Shown here in pieces: positions 38,174 to 48,501 of a stretch of 64,000 bases of DNA. The DNA lies in IMG/VR virus record IMGVR_UViG_3300044568_003751, positions 1-64,000 of that record. The stretch is one strand, 5' to 3'. The notes under the pieces are model-generated. The model had not been told where the DNA came from and did not search any database. It worked only from the letters and a program-made list of their open reading frames with translations. This DNA is from a virus. Position 1 is the stretch's first letter. Each line of letters opens with the position of its first letter. Position numbers and translations under genes: made by a program.

Positions 38174-38787
38174 TATGGATATTTTATTGGATTAGTACTA
38201 CTACCTTGAGTACGCCTTATATTTACAATTGGAGATGGAATGTAATTCCAGTTTAAAATATTTGAGCCCATTAATTTGTCGGAGTGCCCTGGACCATGTG
38301 TCTTGCAAAATTCTACAAGTTTCTTTGCACCAGTCGGTGATAGCCAATAAGCAGAAGCACCTGCAGACCAAGAGCCTAATTTAGAACTTTGATGCAAAAC
38401 ATACGGGCGTGTTAGTTTTAATAAATCAAAATTAGTCTTGATTTCAATTAACTCCGCTGTAATTTCAGAGTCGTCTTCTAAAACTATAATCGGTTCATCT
38501 AAACTAATGCACCGATTCCATAAAGTAAAATGACTAAAAAAACATCCATGTGCCCCAGGTAAATTTCCAAATTTATCTAAACGTTTGGTTGATCTTTTTG
38601 GCGGTGGTAAATTGTATTCGCTCCAAATATTTTCTGGTAAGTTATACCCATTGACAGCGTTAAAAATTTCAGTTTGCCAATTAAATTCTTGACAGGATCT
38701 TATTGCATTGTTGTACCTGTGAAAAGCCGATTGTGAATGAATACCTGCATTTGAATATAGTAATGAAATAATATAAACTTTGTACAT
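38170..38787 (-). CDS. Glycosyltransferase family 25-like
   Basis: YIISL, FNAVNG, GCFFSHFTLW, IIVLEDD and AYWLSPTGAKKL motifs. AT-rich. Start revised to MYKVY. Confidence 0.8.
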   Translation of the reverse strand: MYKVYIISLLYSNAGIHSQSAFHRYNNAIRSCQEFNWQTEIFNAVNGYNLPENIWSEYNLPPPKRSTKRLDKFGNLPGAHGCFFSHFTLWNRCISLDEPIIVLEDDSEITAELIEIKTNFDLLKLTRPYVLHQSSKLGSWSAGASAYWLSPTGAKKLVEFCKTHGPGHSDKLMGSNILNWNYIPSPIVNIRRTQGSSTNPIKYPY

Positions 38788-39857
38788 TATACGATCTCTA
38801 ACAACTGATCCATGATGTATTCTACTTCTAAGTCTGTTAATTCGGGGTAGATAGGCAGACTTAGACAACGTCTACTGAGTGAGCTGGCAGCACTCAACAT
38901 GTCGGGCCCTTGGTAGTGTTGGTATGCAGGAAGTTCGTGCAAAGGATGCTCGTAGTGAACTCTTGTGTCAATACCTGCCTTTAAGAGCCTGGCTCGAACT
39001 TGATCGCGGTCGTCTATGTCAATAACAAATTTGTGGAAGCAATGAGTATCAAAGTTTGTTTCGTTGATCAAACAACGCACAGGACTATCCTTGAATGCAT
39101 CTATCCACTGTCTAGCAATGTACCTACGGCGTGCTTGCCAGTCGTTTATGTACTTTGTTTTGACTAACATTTGAGCACAGTCAACTTCACTCATACGTGA
39201 GTTTGTACCTACTTCGGCATGCCCGGTGTTCTTGCCATTGTTGACCCAACCACGAGCGTAATTCAACAACTCGTAGTCATCTGTAACAACGGCACCACCA
39301 TTGCCATAGTTGCCCAAGTTTTTCATGGGATCAAAACTAATTGCAGAAGCCATACCATGACGATACCTGCTACCAGCTAGCCAATGTTGTGCAGCATCTT
39401 CGATTAACGATCCTTGCCTGTGCATCCAGTCCGGTAATGCAGCACCGTATAATCCTATGCCAAGTATGCCCTGGATTGATACCTCCTGGTCGATCTTGCT
39501 GTAATCCATGATACCATATGCATCTGTGTCAACAAAATGTATATTCCAACCTGCACGAATAAAAGCATTGGCACTGGCCGGAAATGTCATGGACGGAACA
39601 AGTACAGTGGGAGGATGTATTCCTAGTCTTTGACGAACAAAGCTGGCAATAATTTCTAGTGCTTGTGTGCCTGAATGACAAGTAACAGCATGCTTGATAT
39701 GATTTTCATAGGCCAACCATGACTCAAAGTTAGCAGTGTTTTCTGCATTCATGAGACGACCAGATGTTAGGACTTGATCCGTAACGTCCAGTATCTCTTT
39801 GCGTAGATTGTTATACTGTCTTTGAAGACCAGTAAACTGAATTAGAGAGCCATTCAT
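38787..39857 (-). CDS. DegT/DnrJ/EryC1/StrS PLP-dependent sugar aminotransferase
   Basis: SGTQAL, IEDAAQ, SFDPMKNLGNYGNGGAV, GTNSRMSE and LSLPIYPEL motifs. Confidence 0.9.
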   Translation of the reverse strand: MNGSLIQFTGLQRQYNNLRKEILDVTDQVLTSGRLMNAENTANFESWLAYENHIKHAVTCHSGTQALEIIASFVRQRLGIHPPTVLVPSMTFPASANAFIRAGWNIHFVDTDAYGIMDYSKIDQEVSIQGILGIGLYGAALPDWMHRQGSLIEDAAQHWLAGSRYRHGMASAISFDPMKNLGNYGNGGAVVTDDYELLNYARGWVNNGKNTGHAEVGTNSRMSEVDCAQMLVKTKYINDWQARRRYIARQWIDAFKDSPVRCLINETNFDTHCFHKFVIDIDDRDQVRARLLKAGIDTRVHYEHPLHELPAYQHYQGPDMLSAASSLSRRCLSLPIYPELTDLEVEYIMDQLLEIV

Positions 39858-40782
39858 AGTATTTTTGGAATCCTTCTTCAACGTCTACTTTGGGATCAAA
39901 GCCAAGTATGGTTCTTGCACGATCGATATTTAACGCACCGCGACTTGGGAAGTCTGCGTCTTTGTCACGTGTTTCAATTGTGCCTCGGCCCACAATCTTC
40001 ACAATCATTTCTGCGGCTTCTAGCAAACTTACCGAGTGTGATTTGGTAATGTTGAATGTTTTATTGGCACTCATGATACGTGTAGCCGCCGCAACAACGC
40101 CATCCGCGGCGTCATCCACATAGGTAAAGTCTAACGTCTCCCCTGCACCATTAACATTGAGCACGCCTCCTCGCATGGCTGTGAGCATAAATTTAGCCAC
40201 CACTCGGTCTTCCACGTCCAAGGGTCCGTATACAGCACTAGGGCGAATAATAGCGTAGTCAAAGCAACCACGACGATGATAGTCTTTAACAAGGTCTTCT
40301 CCTGCAAGTTTCATAATTCCATATTGTCCAATTGGACGGCATGGGTCATCTTCTAGCACCTGGTCTTCAAAGTCTCCATACACCATGCTACTAGATATGT
40401 ACACAACACGTTCGACTCGGTGTTTTTTGGCACTCTCGCAAACGTTGATCAATCCCTCCATCATGACTCTAGCACCCCATGCAGGGTTGGCATTCACAAC
40501 TTTTTGTCGAGGAAAGCTGGCCATGTGTATGATTACTTCTGGCCGGTGATTCTCTACCACACGATCAAACGCTTCGGCATCAGAGATATCAGTGCGATAT
40601 ATGTGCTGTGTTTTAATCTTCTTACGTCTCTCATCCAACAAGTACTCTAGTTCGTCTTGCGGAATAATACCATAGTTGGTCATAATGTCCACAATCACAA
40701 CTTCGTGTTCTTTTGCTTCTAATCGTTCGACTACATTGTGTCCAATCAGACCCATGCCCCCGGTTACTAAAAATTTACTCAT
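39811..40782 (-). CDS. NAD-dependent NDP-sugar epimerase/dehydratase
   Basis: VTGGMGLIG, SSSMVYG, YGIMK, RPSAVYGP and DFTYVDD motifs. Confidence 0.9.
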   Translation of the reverse strand: MSKFLVTGGMGLIGHNVVERLEAKEHEVVIVDIMTNYGIIPQDELEYLLDERRKKIKTQHIYRTDISDAEAFDRVVENHRPEVIIHMASFPRQKVVNANPAWGARVMMEGLINVCESAKKHRVERVVYISSSMVYGDFEDQVLEDDPCRPIGQYGIMKLAGEDLVKDYHRRGCFDYAIIRPSAVYGPLDVEDRVVAKFMLTAMRGGVLNVNGAGETLDFTYVDDAADGVVAAATRIMSANKTFNITKSHSVSLLEAAEMIVKIVGRGTIETRDKDADFPSRGALNIDRARTILGFDPKVDVEEGFQKYYEWLSNSVYWSSKTV

Positions 40783-41105
40783 TTATTATTTTCCCATTTG
40801 AGTCGCCAAAAAGTTTCGTTTTGTTCGCTGAGTCTGGCCACAATACGATACATGTGTCCATAACTATGTGGGTCCATGCTACGAGTCCAGTAAGGTTTGT
40901 CCACAGCATTTTCCATTATGAATCGGCCAGCATCTGATTCTTGCCATTTGTATATGGGTTCTGCTACAAATAAGTCCGGATCTTCTACATCGCCCATGCG
41001 TATCTCGTGTACACATACATCACGAAAGCGCACTGCCTTATCGCCGATAATTTTGACTTGTTCAGGTTGCCAGTGGTCTGGTTGTTCCGTGTGTGTTATT
41101 GCCAT
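40779..41105 (-). CDS. Hypothetical protein
   Basis: 108 aa. Promoter TTGCAA-17-TATACT (41139-41111) lies immediately upstream. Confidence 0.6.
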   Translation of the reverse strand: MAITHTEQPDHWQPEQVKIIGDKAVRFRDVCVHEIRMGDVEDPDLFVAEPIYKWQESDAGRFIMENAVDKPYWTRSMDPHSYGHMYRIVARLSEQNETFWRLKWENNK

Positions 41106-41125
41106 ACACTAGTATAGCAGATGGA

Positions 41126-41797
41126 TCAAGTTTTTGCAACTAGATCGGTGGCCATTGGGAAGATTGCAGCAATGGCTCGAGCACACTCAACTGCCACTGC
41201 TTGATGTTCTAGTTGTGTACCATTACCTGAACGTAGTTCAATAAAGTGTATCCATGATCGCAAGGTACCGTTCATGTATAGTCGACTTTGTATCAGGCCT
41301 TCAGGCAGCACAGCACGTGCCTGTTCCTTGGCAATACCGTTAGCAATAGCCCATTCGTACTCGCGTCGGGCTGCATAGATCACACGTTGTTGAGCACGAT
41401 ACCACTCGTTCTCCAACAAGTGATCCGCATGCTCTATGCTGTTTTGTCGATTCTTTGGGTCTTGAAGTCTTCCACTGCGGGTAACAAACTCAAGATCCGT
41501 TGTCGGGTCAGCATATCGTTGACTGAATTCTTGGAAACTGAAACTTCGGTGTCTGAGGATTTGCCGTGCAATATCTCGTGTTGTCGTAATTTCCATGCAA
41601 GCTGAAACCATTTCGAGTGGACTCCAATGCTGGTGTCGCACAAGGTAACGGATGAGTTTTTCGCTGGTTTCGTTGTTGAACTGGTTGGAGGGATTGGATA
41701 CTCGTGCGCAGAAAGCGATAAGTTCTTGAGCATCGTCAATGCCCTGGGTTCTAAAGTCTTCTGTTGGTTGCGAATAGGAGACAAGTCGGACATTCAT
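41126..41797 (-). CDS. thyX: Flavin-dependent thymidylate synthase
   Basis: HWSPLE and RHRSFSFQEFSQRY (RHRx7S ThyX motif), EQARAVLP. Confidence 0.95.
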   Translation of the reverse strand: MNVRLVSYSQPTEDFRTQGIDDAQELIAFCARVSNPSNQFNNETSEKLIRYLVRHQHWSPLEMVSACMEITTTRDIARQILRHRSFSFQEFSQRYADPTTDLEFVTRSGRLQDPKNRQNSIEHADHLLENEWYRAQQRVIYAARREYEWAIANGIAKEQARAVLPEGLIQSRLYMNGTLRSWIHFIELRSGNGTQLEHQAVAVECARAIAAIFPMATDLVAKT

Positions 41798-42108
41798 ATA
41801 TCTTTTAAAAGTCGATCAGTTTCGGGTTGTACAAGTTTGGCAACTTCAGTAACATCAACCACAAAGTCAATGTCACGAACTGTGTCGCCAAGTTCGGTTA
41901 GTGTGCGGGTCAACACCATCTCAAGTTCTTCAAGATCAAGTCCTTGGCGGCGTAACGTAGCCAAGTTCAAAGTTCTTTGTCGCCGACCATCTTGACTACC
42001 GCCCAACTTGATCACAACTTTTTTGATGCATTCAAGTGGAACTTCGGTCTTGGTCACTTCAGAGATTATGTGTTCCCACTGTTGTATAAATTCATCACTG
42101 AACGGCAT
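41794..42108 (-). CDS. Hypothetical protein
   Basis: 104 aa, coupled to thyX. Confidence 0.6.
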   Translation of the reverse strand: MPFSDEFIQQWEHIISEVTKTEVPLECIKKVVIKLGGSQDGRRQRTLNLATLRRQGLDLEELEMVLTRTLTELGDTVRDIDFVVDVTEVAKLVQPETDRLLKDI

Positions 42109-42832
42109 CAGCAGTCGCTAGCTTGGCTTTGGGAGGACGACCTTTTTTAGGTGCAGTTGTGACAACAGGATCAGCCATGGTATAGTCTGATAAGTTCACA
42201 GCAGGATTCAATCCTTGTGCTTGCTTTTTCATTCTGGCAGCTTCGGCAATCATGCCTTTGGCTTCTGATTCCATGCGCTTGGCCTGTGCCAACATGTTGG
42301 CCGCAAGAGTCTTGTCATCCAGGGCACCATCCGGGGATTGTAGTGGTGGAACATAAGGTGTGGCTGTGTCTTGTGATTTGCGTTCTTCTCTACGTTTGTA
42401 TTCTGCTTCGGCCTTGCGCTTTTGTGCAGGATCAACAAAGCCAGCACTGGCGTCAATTTCTTGCAGTCGCTTGAGTGCTTCGCCGCCTTGTTCCATCTCA
42501 CGGATGATCTTGTTCATCTCATCCAGTTTGACTGAACTCTGTGTTGTGGGAGTTACAATTACTTGATTGGTAGGCACCTTCTTGATCATGCCTTCTCGGT
42601 GCAAGGCTTCCAGTTGTGGACGACCATCTGGCAGGAGATTGCGATGCAATACTTCAGACAGATTGGTAGCTGCCTGTCCAGCAGGGCTTTCCAGCGTGGA
42701 CATGATTGAGTTATGAATGTGTGTGGGCAATGTGTCGGGATATACCACAAGGCACATGTGATCCTCGCCTGGTACTTCTCTAAAGAGCAGTGCAACCTTG
42801 CGGTCTCCGTGTCGTCCTATATGTTTAAGCAT
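42095..42832 (-). CDS. Hypothetical protein with coiled-coil C-terminus and KKGRPPK (AT-hook-like) tail
   Basis: SD AAGGAG before the revised ATG (MLKHIG). Confidence 0.6.
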   Translation of the reverse strand: MLKHIGRHGDRKVALLFREVPGEDHMCLVVYPDTLPTHIHNSIMSTLESPAGQAATNLSEVLHRNLLPDGRPQLEALHREGMIKKVPTNQVIVTPTTQSSVKLDEMNKIIREMEQGGEALKRLQEIDASAGFVDPAQKRKAEAEYKRREERKSQDTATPYVPPLQSPDGALDDKTLAANMLAQAKRMESEAKGMIAEAARMKKQAQGLNPAVNLSDYTMADPVVTTAPKKGRPPKAKLATADAVQ

Positions 42833-43025
42833 TGGTATCTCCTTGTGGTGGTGCTTGGTCTGTTTGATCTTGTTGCTTACTGGCCTCAAGGAATCTAGAC
42901 AGTTTGTCGTAAGTTTCTCCTACTCTGGTCATCTCTGCGGCTCGAAAAGCACCTCGAGTGCATGCGGCATCGATAAGAGCATGTAATGATGCTAAATCAG
43001 CAATGGTAAGTTGAGTGTTTTCCAT
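42825..43025 (-). CDS. Small hypothetical protein
   Basis: 66 aa. GTAAATA late promoter 5 nt upstream. Confidence 0.6.
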   Translation of the reverse strand: MENTQLTIADLASLHALIDAACTRGAFRAAEMTRVGETYDKLSRFLEASKQQDQTDQAPPQGDTNA

Positions 43026-43049
43026 ATAGATATTTACTGTCTACATATC

Positions 43050-43934
43050 TCAAGAAATAATTTCAGTCGGTATTTTGGAGAAATTCACTAGTCCCAATTG
43101 CTGTCTAATTAGTTCAATAGGAAGCGTGATTGTAGGCAGAAACGGCATTTGTAATCTTAACTGATTCTGGTAATTATCTTTTACAGGGTGTAATCTTTCA
43201 AAACCATTCATTTTGACTCTACGTTCCATCTCGGGCCAAGCACGTTGAAATTCTAATATTTTTTCAGGACTTACCCCAAGCGGATTCTGCACAAAGTAAT
43301 TAACATCTTGACAAACTATTTTTAGTACTGAACTGTCTAAATACGCCGCTATCAGTTCAGGAGTAGTTTCATAAAAACTAGGATAGTGTCGATTGCCGTG
43401 TGATTTATTCCATTCGTGGGTCATCACATGTGTAGGACTATACTTTATTACTGGTTGTCCTGCATGTTTAGAAATTGCATCTTCGCGACCTCCCATGATT
43501 AAACTATATCCTTGTTGTTCTGCTTGTTCCATTAACCAAAGTTGTAGATATCTAAAAACTTCGTGGCTTTTATATCCTTGATCAATATAAGGTTTTGCAC
43601 CTTGCTCAATGAAATTCAATATGTCAACATTCAATACAATTGGATTAATTTTATGTTGAGTGCAGAATTTAAAAGCCCATTCTATATCTTGTTCATTGTA
43701 CTTGTCATTATATTGCATAATGAATACAACAAAGTCTATTTCTTGTTCAATTAGACTGCGACAAATAACTTCGCTATCAATTCCACCACTGAATGCAACT
43801 GCTAGTGGTGCAGTGGCAGATTTAGCAATAAGTCGAACAGTGGTGTTAACTTCTTCACGTAACGATCCTGCTTGCCTATTAATTGGCTTAAAACTCACAG
43901 TAAAAGGATATAAAGTATAATCAAATGCTAACAT
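43050..43934 (-). CDS. PP-loop adenine nucleotide alpha-hydrolase (asparagine-synthase-like domain)
   Basis: AVAFSGGIDSE motif. AT-rich. Confidence 0.65.
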   Translation of the reverse strand: MLAFDYTLYPFTVSFKPINRQAGSLREEVNTTVRLIAKSATAPLAVAFSGGIDSEVICRSLIEQEIDFVVFIMQYNDKYNEQDIEWAFKFCTQHKINPIVLNVDILNFIEQGAKPYIDQGYKSHEVFRYLQLWLMEQAEQQGYSLIMGGREDAISKHAGQPVIKYSPTHVMTHEWNKSHGNRHYPSFYETTPELIAAYLDSSVLKIVCQDVNYFVQNPLGVSPEKILEFQRAWPEMERRVKMNGFERLHPVKDNYQNQLRLQMPFLPTITLPIELIRQQLGLVNFSKIPTEIIS

Positions 43935-45471
43935 TTTTGAGTCCCTAAAAATTGATTCAATCGATCGACTGCTTCGTTGAAGTCCACTGCCCAAACCCGT
44001 GCTTCTAATATGTTACCTGTGATCTGCATGTCAAACGGTATGACACCGCCGAACGCAAAATCATCTGGAAGTTCTGTAGTTACCACAAATTCCTGCAAAT
44101 TCTTTGCTCTAAAGATCAAGTTAGTGGCCATGTCGACTGAGTTCATTTGTACTCCTTAATATCCTTGTGCTTGACAATGATAAAGTTATATATGCGATTG
44201 TCATGCCGGATGGGTAAATCTAGGTGTATGGTGATCTCAGGACCGTCCCGGTGGTTGAGCAAGCGATCGTTGCCAACCGTGCCCACAAACGGGATCCGGT
44301 TCCACTTACCTGTAACACGATCACCTATGTCCCATACGGCTTGGTAGCCTATACGGTCAAAGTAATCAGTTTGACTGCCCATGCTGACCCATTTTTTTGC
44401 CAGACAGCAACAAGTTTACTACTGAAACAAATAGACTCAAACTGCCATATGCCATGTCGCCTCGAGCAAAGTAATCTGCGGCAACCATCAAACTAACACC
44501 TGACACAAAGCCAGAAATAACATCTTGATGTTTTATTATCCATGCGTACATTATATTAAATCCTTAAACATTTTTTTACGTCCTTCTTCACCAATGTGAT
44601 AGTCGAACAATTCTCTTGTGCGTTGCAACATAGCACAAGCCATCATCAATTGATCCTCACGATCATCGCACATGAGGATCTGTTGCTCTATCGGACGCAT
44701 GAGGTCAGCCATGCGTTTTTGAATCTCGCTCACATCTTTCTTTCGTGAATCATTGATTCGAAAGTTTCCCACAAGAGATTGAACTTGCGCTCGTAGTATT
44801 CGGCTAGTACCTTGAAATCTTCTGTTGCGGCACCTTGATCGACGTACATTTGAATGTCAGATGTGACCTTCCAGCACTCCAAAATCTCCTGCTCAAGATC
44901 AAATCGATCTTTTGTTTTCTCAATCATTTCGATTTCCATCGGGGTTCCTCCATTGGTGTTTGGCCAGTCGGGCCTCTTGATAAATCCTCTTACACAAGGT
45001 CCATACAGGATGCCAAAAGTATCCTAGTACAAAACCCCAGACAAAAGGTCCCAGTGCTTGCAAAAAGTCATGCATGTTGACTCCATTTGATATATCCACC
45101 ATTGGTCTCACTCCACGGACAATATTGTTCCCATAGTACTTTGCTTGTGTCGGGATTTTCTTTGATCAGTTGGTCTATACCGGGTCGAGTAGTATACCCA
45201 TCCAAACTCCAGTCGTGATTTTTTAGTGCAGTTTCAAGTTCGGTCATGGTTCAAGTCCAAAATGTTCTTTTATAAATTCGTGTAATTCTAAATTACCTGT
45301 AAAATCGTATTGATGATGATGGAAAGATTCTGCCATGTGAGTACAGTCCCGGACAATTAACCGGGCAAACTTTTCAATATCAAAGTGTTCGTCAATCATG
45401 AAGTTCCGGTTGCCATACACTTGATTCCAAGCACCGCATTCACGTGCAAATTTTTCTACACGTTCATTCAT
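43928..45471 (-). CDS. Run of eight small overlapping hypothetical genes (43928-44146, 44143-44382, 44366-44551, 44551-44772, 44730-44939, 44920-45075, 45068-45247, 45244-45471)
   Basis: Contiguous ATGA-type overlaps. 45068-45247 (59 aa, MTELETALKNHDW...) is not in the ORF track. Confidence 0.6.
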
Positions 45472-46742
45472 TACTCAGCCTCGTCGTAGTAGGCATATTG
45501 ACCCCAAGGTGGTTCAATGGTTGTGGTACCATGCAAGATCCAAACAGTATCTGCATAATTCTCATCGCCCCAGGAACCAAACGGCAAGCCGTCTGTGAAC
45601 ACCACCAGTCGCTTGGGCTCAATTTCATTGTCCTTCAAGTACTTGAAGATACATGTAAAGTCAGTGCCACCACCACCTGTTACTTCATAGTCACAGATGT
45701 CTTCCAGGTTTTCCGAGTCATATTGTGCAGGGTTGTATGCATCAGTATCAAACGTGATAACGTGAATACGATACGCAGGGAATGAATCCATGATGCCTTG
45801 AATTTCACCCAGGAAGTCTTTCAACATTGTTGTGCTGATACTACCTGAAGCATCCAGTGCAACAGCAATGTCAATCATGGGATCCAGTTTCATACCGGGC
45901 ATGACCGCATCCATGTGCCAACCTTTACGGCTGGCTCGCATCCAAGTGTAATCACTCTTGATGGTGGATTCCAATTGCATACGCAGCAATTCACGCCAGT
46001 TCATCTTGGGCTCAGTCATGTCTTGTATAAGACGCTTGACACCTGCTGGGATATTACCTGCACCGTCCACGGTGGCGGCTGCCGCCAGCATGGCTTCTTT
46101 GATCTCGTCACGGATTTGTTGGCGCTCTTCGGGAGTGAGTTTGGGACGACCTTTGCCTTCTTGATCATCATCACCACCATCATTGGGATCGCCTTCGCCA
46201 TCCATGTGCTCGTCGATCATTTTGTCCAGCAAATCGCTGATGTTGATCTTTTCTGCTTTTTCGTACAAAGCATCATAGATCTCTTCTGAACTCATGCCTT
46301 CATACTTGCGGTCGAACAAGCAAGGCACTGTGGTAATCATCTCACCTACCTTGTGTTTAACCAAGTCGCCATTCACAGCAAAGTCATTGGCAATATTAAA
46401 CAACTGTGGATCGCGACTGCCGCGACGCCCAAAGTGATCATAAACACAATGCAGGACCTCGTGTCCAAACAAGAATTCAATCTCTTTGGGCTTGAGCATT
46501 TTAATAAAGCGACTATTGTAATAGAAGTTTCTGCCGTCTGTTGCGGCAGTGGCACACCACTCATCTGCGTTTACTAGTTTCAAGCGAGTAGCAAGGTTGC
46601 CAAAGAATGACGCTTTAAGCAACAGGCCCACACGGGCAGTGATCAACATTTCACGCACAACTTTGTCAAGTTTAGTATCCATGGGCCCAATAAGATCTTT
46701 AAACTTATCAGACTCTTTTTTGTTTACTGTACTGGTAGTCAT
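45471..46742 (-). CDS. HExxH metallopeptidase-like + VWA domain protein (DUF2201-type), MoxR partner
   Basis: TAATDG, HEVLH, DASGS MIDAS, GGGGTDF and VFTDG motifs. Confidence 0.85.
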   Translation of the reverse strand: MTTSTVNKKESDKFKDLIGPMDTKLDKVVREMLITARVGLLLKASFFGNLATRLKLVNADEWCATAATDGRNFYYNSRFIKMLKPKEIEFLFGHEVLHCVYDHFGRRGSRDPQLFNIANDFAVNGDLVKHKVGEMITTVPCLFDRKYEGMSSEEIYDALYEKAEKINISDLLDKMIDEHMDGEGDPNDGGDDDQEGKGRPKLTPEERQQIRDEIKEAMLAAAATVDGAGNIPAGVKRLIQDMTEPKMNWRELLRMQLESTIKSDYTWMRASRKGWHMDAVMPGMKLDPMIDIAVALDASGSISTTMLKDFLGEIQGIMDSFPAYRIHVITFDTDAYNPAQYDSENLEDICDYEVTGGGGTDFTCIFKYLKDNEIEPKRLVVFTDGLPFGSWGDENYADTVWILHGTTTIEPPWGQYAYYDEAE

Positions 46743-46768
46743 GTGTGTCCTTTGTTGCTTATGTGTAT

Positions 46769-46797
46769 ATTATAGCAGATCACGATTTATTGGTCAA
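46769..46797 (-). promoter_or_regulatory. Early sigma70-type promoter TTGACC-17-TATAAT (extended TG)
   Basis: Near-consensus. Member of a repeated family. Confidence 0.8.
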
Positions 46798-46819
46798 GTA
46801 ATACTGGAGTATTACAAAA

Positions 46820-47362
46820 TCAAGCACCTGCTTGGATTTCTAAAAGTGGAATATTTTCCTCATGGTTTATAACCCATTCAATAGTGTTGGCTAGTCTGTC
46901 TAAACTTAACCATGTGGCATGTTCGGGTTTGCCATCGTTTAACCCGCCGGCAATTATATGAGAAGTCTTAATTCCTTTTTTCTTGTTTAACTGAAGACTG
47001 CGATCTCGCAAAGATCTTTTTTGTATGCTATAAGTTCCGTAGATACTGTCTGAAGGAATACCAGTAACACCCATCCATTCGGCATTGCTTCCGATGTTTA
47101 TAATATGACCGTTGATGTTGTTTTTAGACCACTCATCCCATGTGGCTTCTAGCAATGCTAATTGGCCACCACCACAAATAAAAGAACTATTAATAAAGAT
47201 TTTGTAGTTCTTAATTTCTTTTCTAAAAAAATCTTCACTGCCCGGAGTCCAAAATCTAAGATCGAATTCAGTGGCTCTACTTGCAAATTTTGCATTAGGA
47301 AATTTTCTTCTAATGGCAGACGCAACAGTAATATGTTCCGGATTTCCCGTACAAAGCATCAT
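46820..47362 (-). CDS. Short-chain dehydrogenase/reductase-like protein (truncated N-terminus)
   Basis: IINIGS and YSIQK (YxxxK). AT-rich. Confidence 0.6.
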   Translation of the reverse strand: MMLCTGNPEHITVASAIRRKFPNAKFASRATEFDLRFWTPGSEDFFRKEIKNYKIFINSSFICGGGQLALLEATWDEWSKNNINGHIINIGSNAEWMGVTGIPSDSIYGTYSIQKRSLRDRSLQLNKKKGIKTSHIIAGGLNDGKPEHATWLSLDRLANTIEWVINHEENIPLLEIQAGA

Positions 47363-48498
47363 GATATAAATTTACTCCATTCTGGATTTAGCATTCTAAA
47401 ATTTGTGTTTCTTATTTTATCTAATTTGGATATGTCTGTCCAAAAACTATTATGCGATTGATCACTAATATTTAATAACTTTAACAATGATTGTATATCT
47501 TTGTAGTTGTGAAATTTGTTCTCTAGTGCAGAGTAAGTATCTTGCGACACGTGATTAAGAGCAAAGGGTTTGGTAGCCTTTTGGAAAATTAAATTGGTCG
47601 GATCCTGATATCTGTTGTAAGGAAATTTTTCTTTCCACCAATCATATATTTCATTGAGATAGAAAAAATTAAGATACCCCCAAGTACAATTTATGTTGAA
47701 CATATGATTGTGTGGCATGTTGTTATAGTACCAGTCTAAATTAGATTCTAATTCTTTCCATTGAATCCCGGTTCGTTGATACTCAAAACGTTGCCCAACA
47801 TCATCTATGCTAAAATAAATCTCAATGAGTTTACATTTTTCCCATAATTTTAGAATGTCATCAGAAACAGTTTTTGTGCCGTTGGTGTTATAGAATACTC
47901 TAACGTCTGATAATCCTTTTATCTCGTGTATTTTTGATAGTAGTCTAACATGATTTTCTGACAATAGTGGCTCTCCACCTCCATGAAAATGTAAAGATTT
48001 TAAATTTTTTAATAATTCAACATCATCAATTTCAAGTTGTTCGTATTTTTTATATTGGAACAACTCAATGGAACGATTTGGATGTAATTTTTGATAGTCC
48101 GGGATCCATTGAGAACTGTTATGTGGGCCGCATATAACACATTTTAAGTTACAAAGATTACCAACACTATAGTCAAGTCCTTGTGGACCTTCTAGATCAA
48201 TTTCGGTATCTTTGTGATACTCTTCATAGAGTCGTTTTGCCCCTTGCCTGCGACTTTCTTGTCCATTAGCTTCGGCATTGTAACAGGTTTGACACCCAGA
48301 TATAGGTATGTCGTTTTCGACACATTTTTTTAATTCGGCACGTTCGGGTCCATTCCAAACCTGATCTAAATCAAACTCGGTTGACTCTTTAATATAACCC
48401 TTAAAAAAACTACAAGGATTATATCCTAACTTACCGTTGTGAGACCATATGGCAAGATTTTTATAAATTTCGTAACAAAAGTATTTTTTATTTTTCAT
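47359..48498 (-). CDS. Radical SAM enzyme with N-terminal twitch/SPASM-like domain
   Basis: CNLKCVIC, GGGEP and NTNGT motifs. AT-rich. Confidence 0.9.
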   Translation of the reverse strand: MKNKKYFCYEIYKNLAIWSHNGKLGYNPCSFFKGYIKESTEFDLDQVWNGPERAELKKCVENDIPISGCQTCYNAEANGQESRRQGAKRLYEEYHKDTEIDLEGPQGLDYSVGNLCNLKCVICGPHNSSQWIPDYQKLHPNRSIELFQYKKYEQLEIDDVELLKNLKSLHFHGGGEPLLSENHVRLLSKIHEIKGLSDVRVFYNTNGTKTVSDDILKLWEKCKLIEIYFSIDDVGQRFEYQRTGIQWKELESNLDWYYNNMPHNHMFNINCTWGYLNFFYLNEIYDWWKEKFPYNRYQDPTNLIFQKATKPFALNHVSQDTYSALENKFHNYKDIQSLLKLLNISDQSHNSFWTDISKLDKIRNTNFRMLNPEWSKFIS

Positions 48499-48501
48499 TT
48501 A

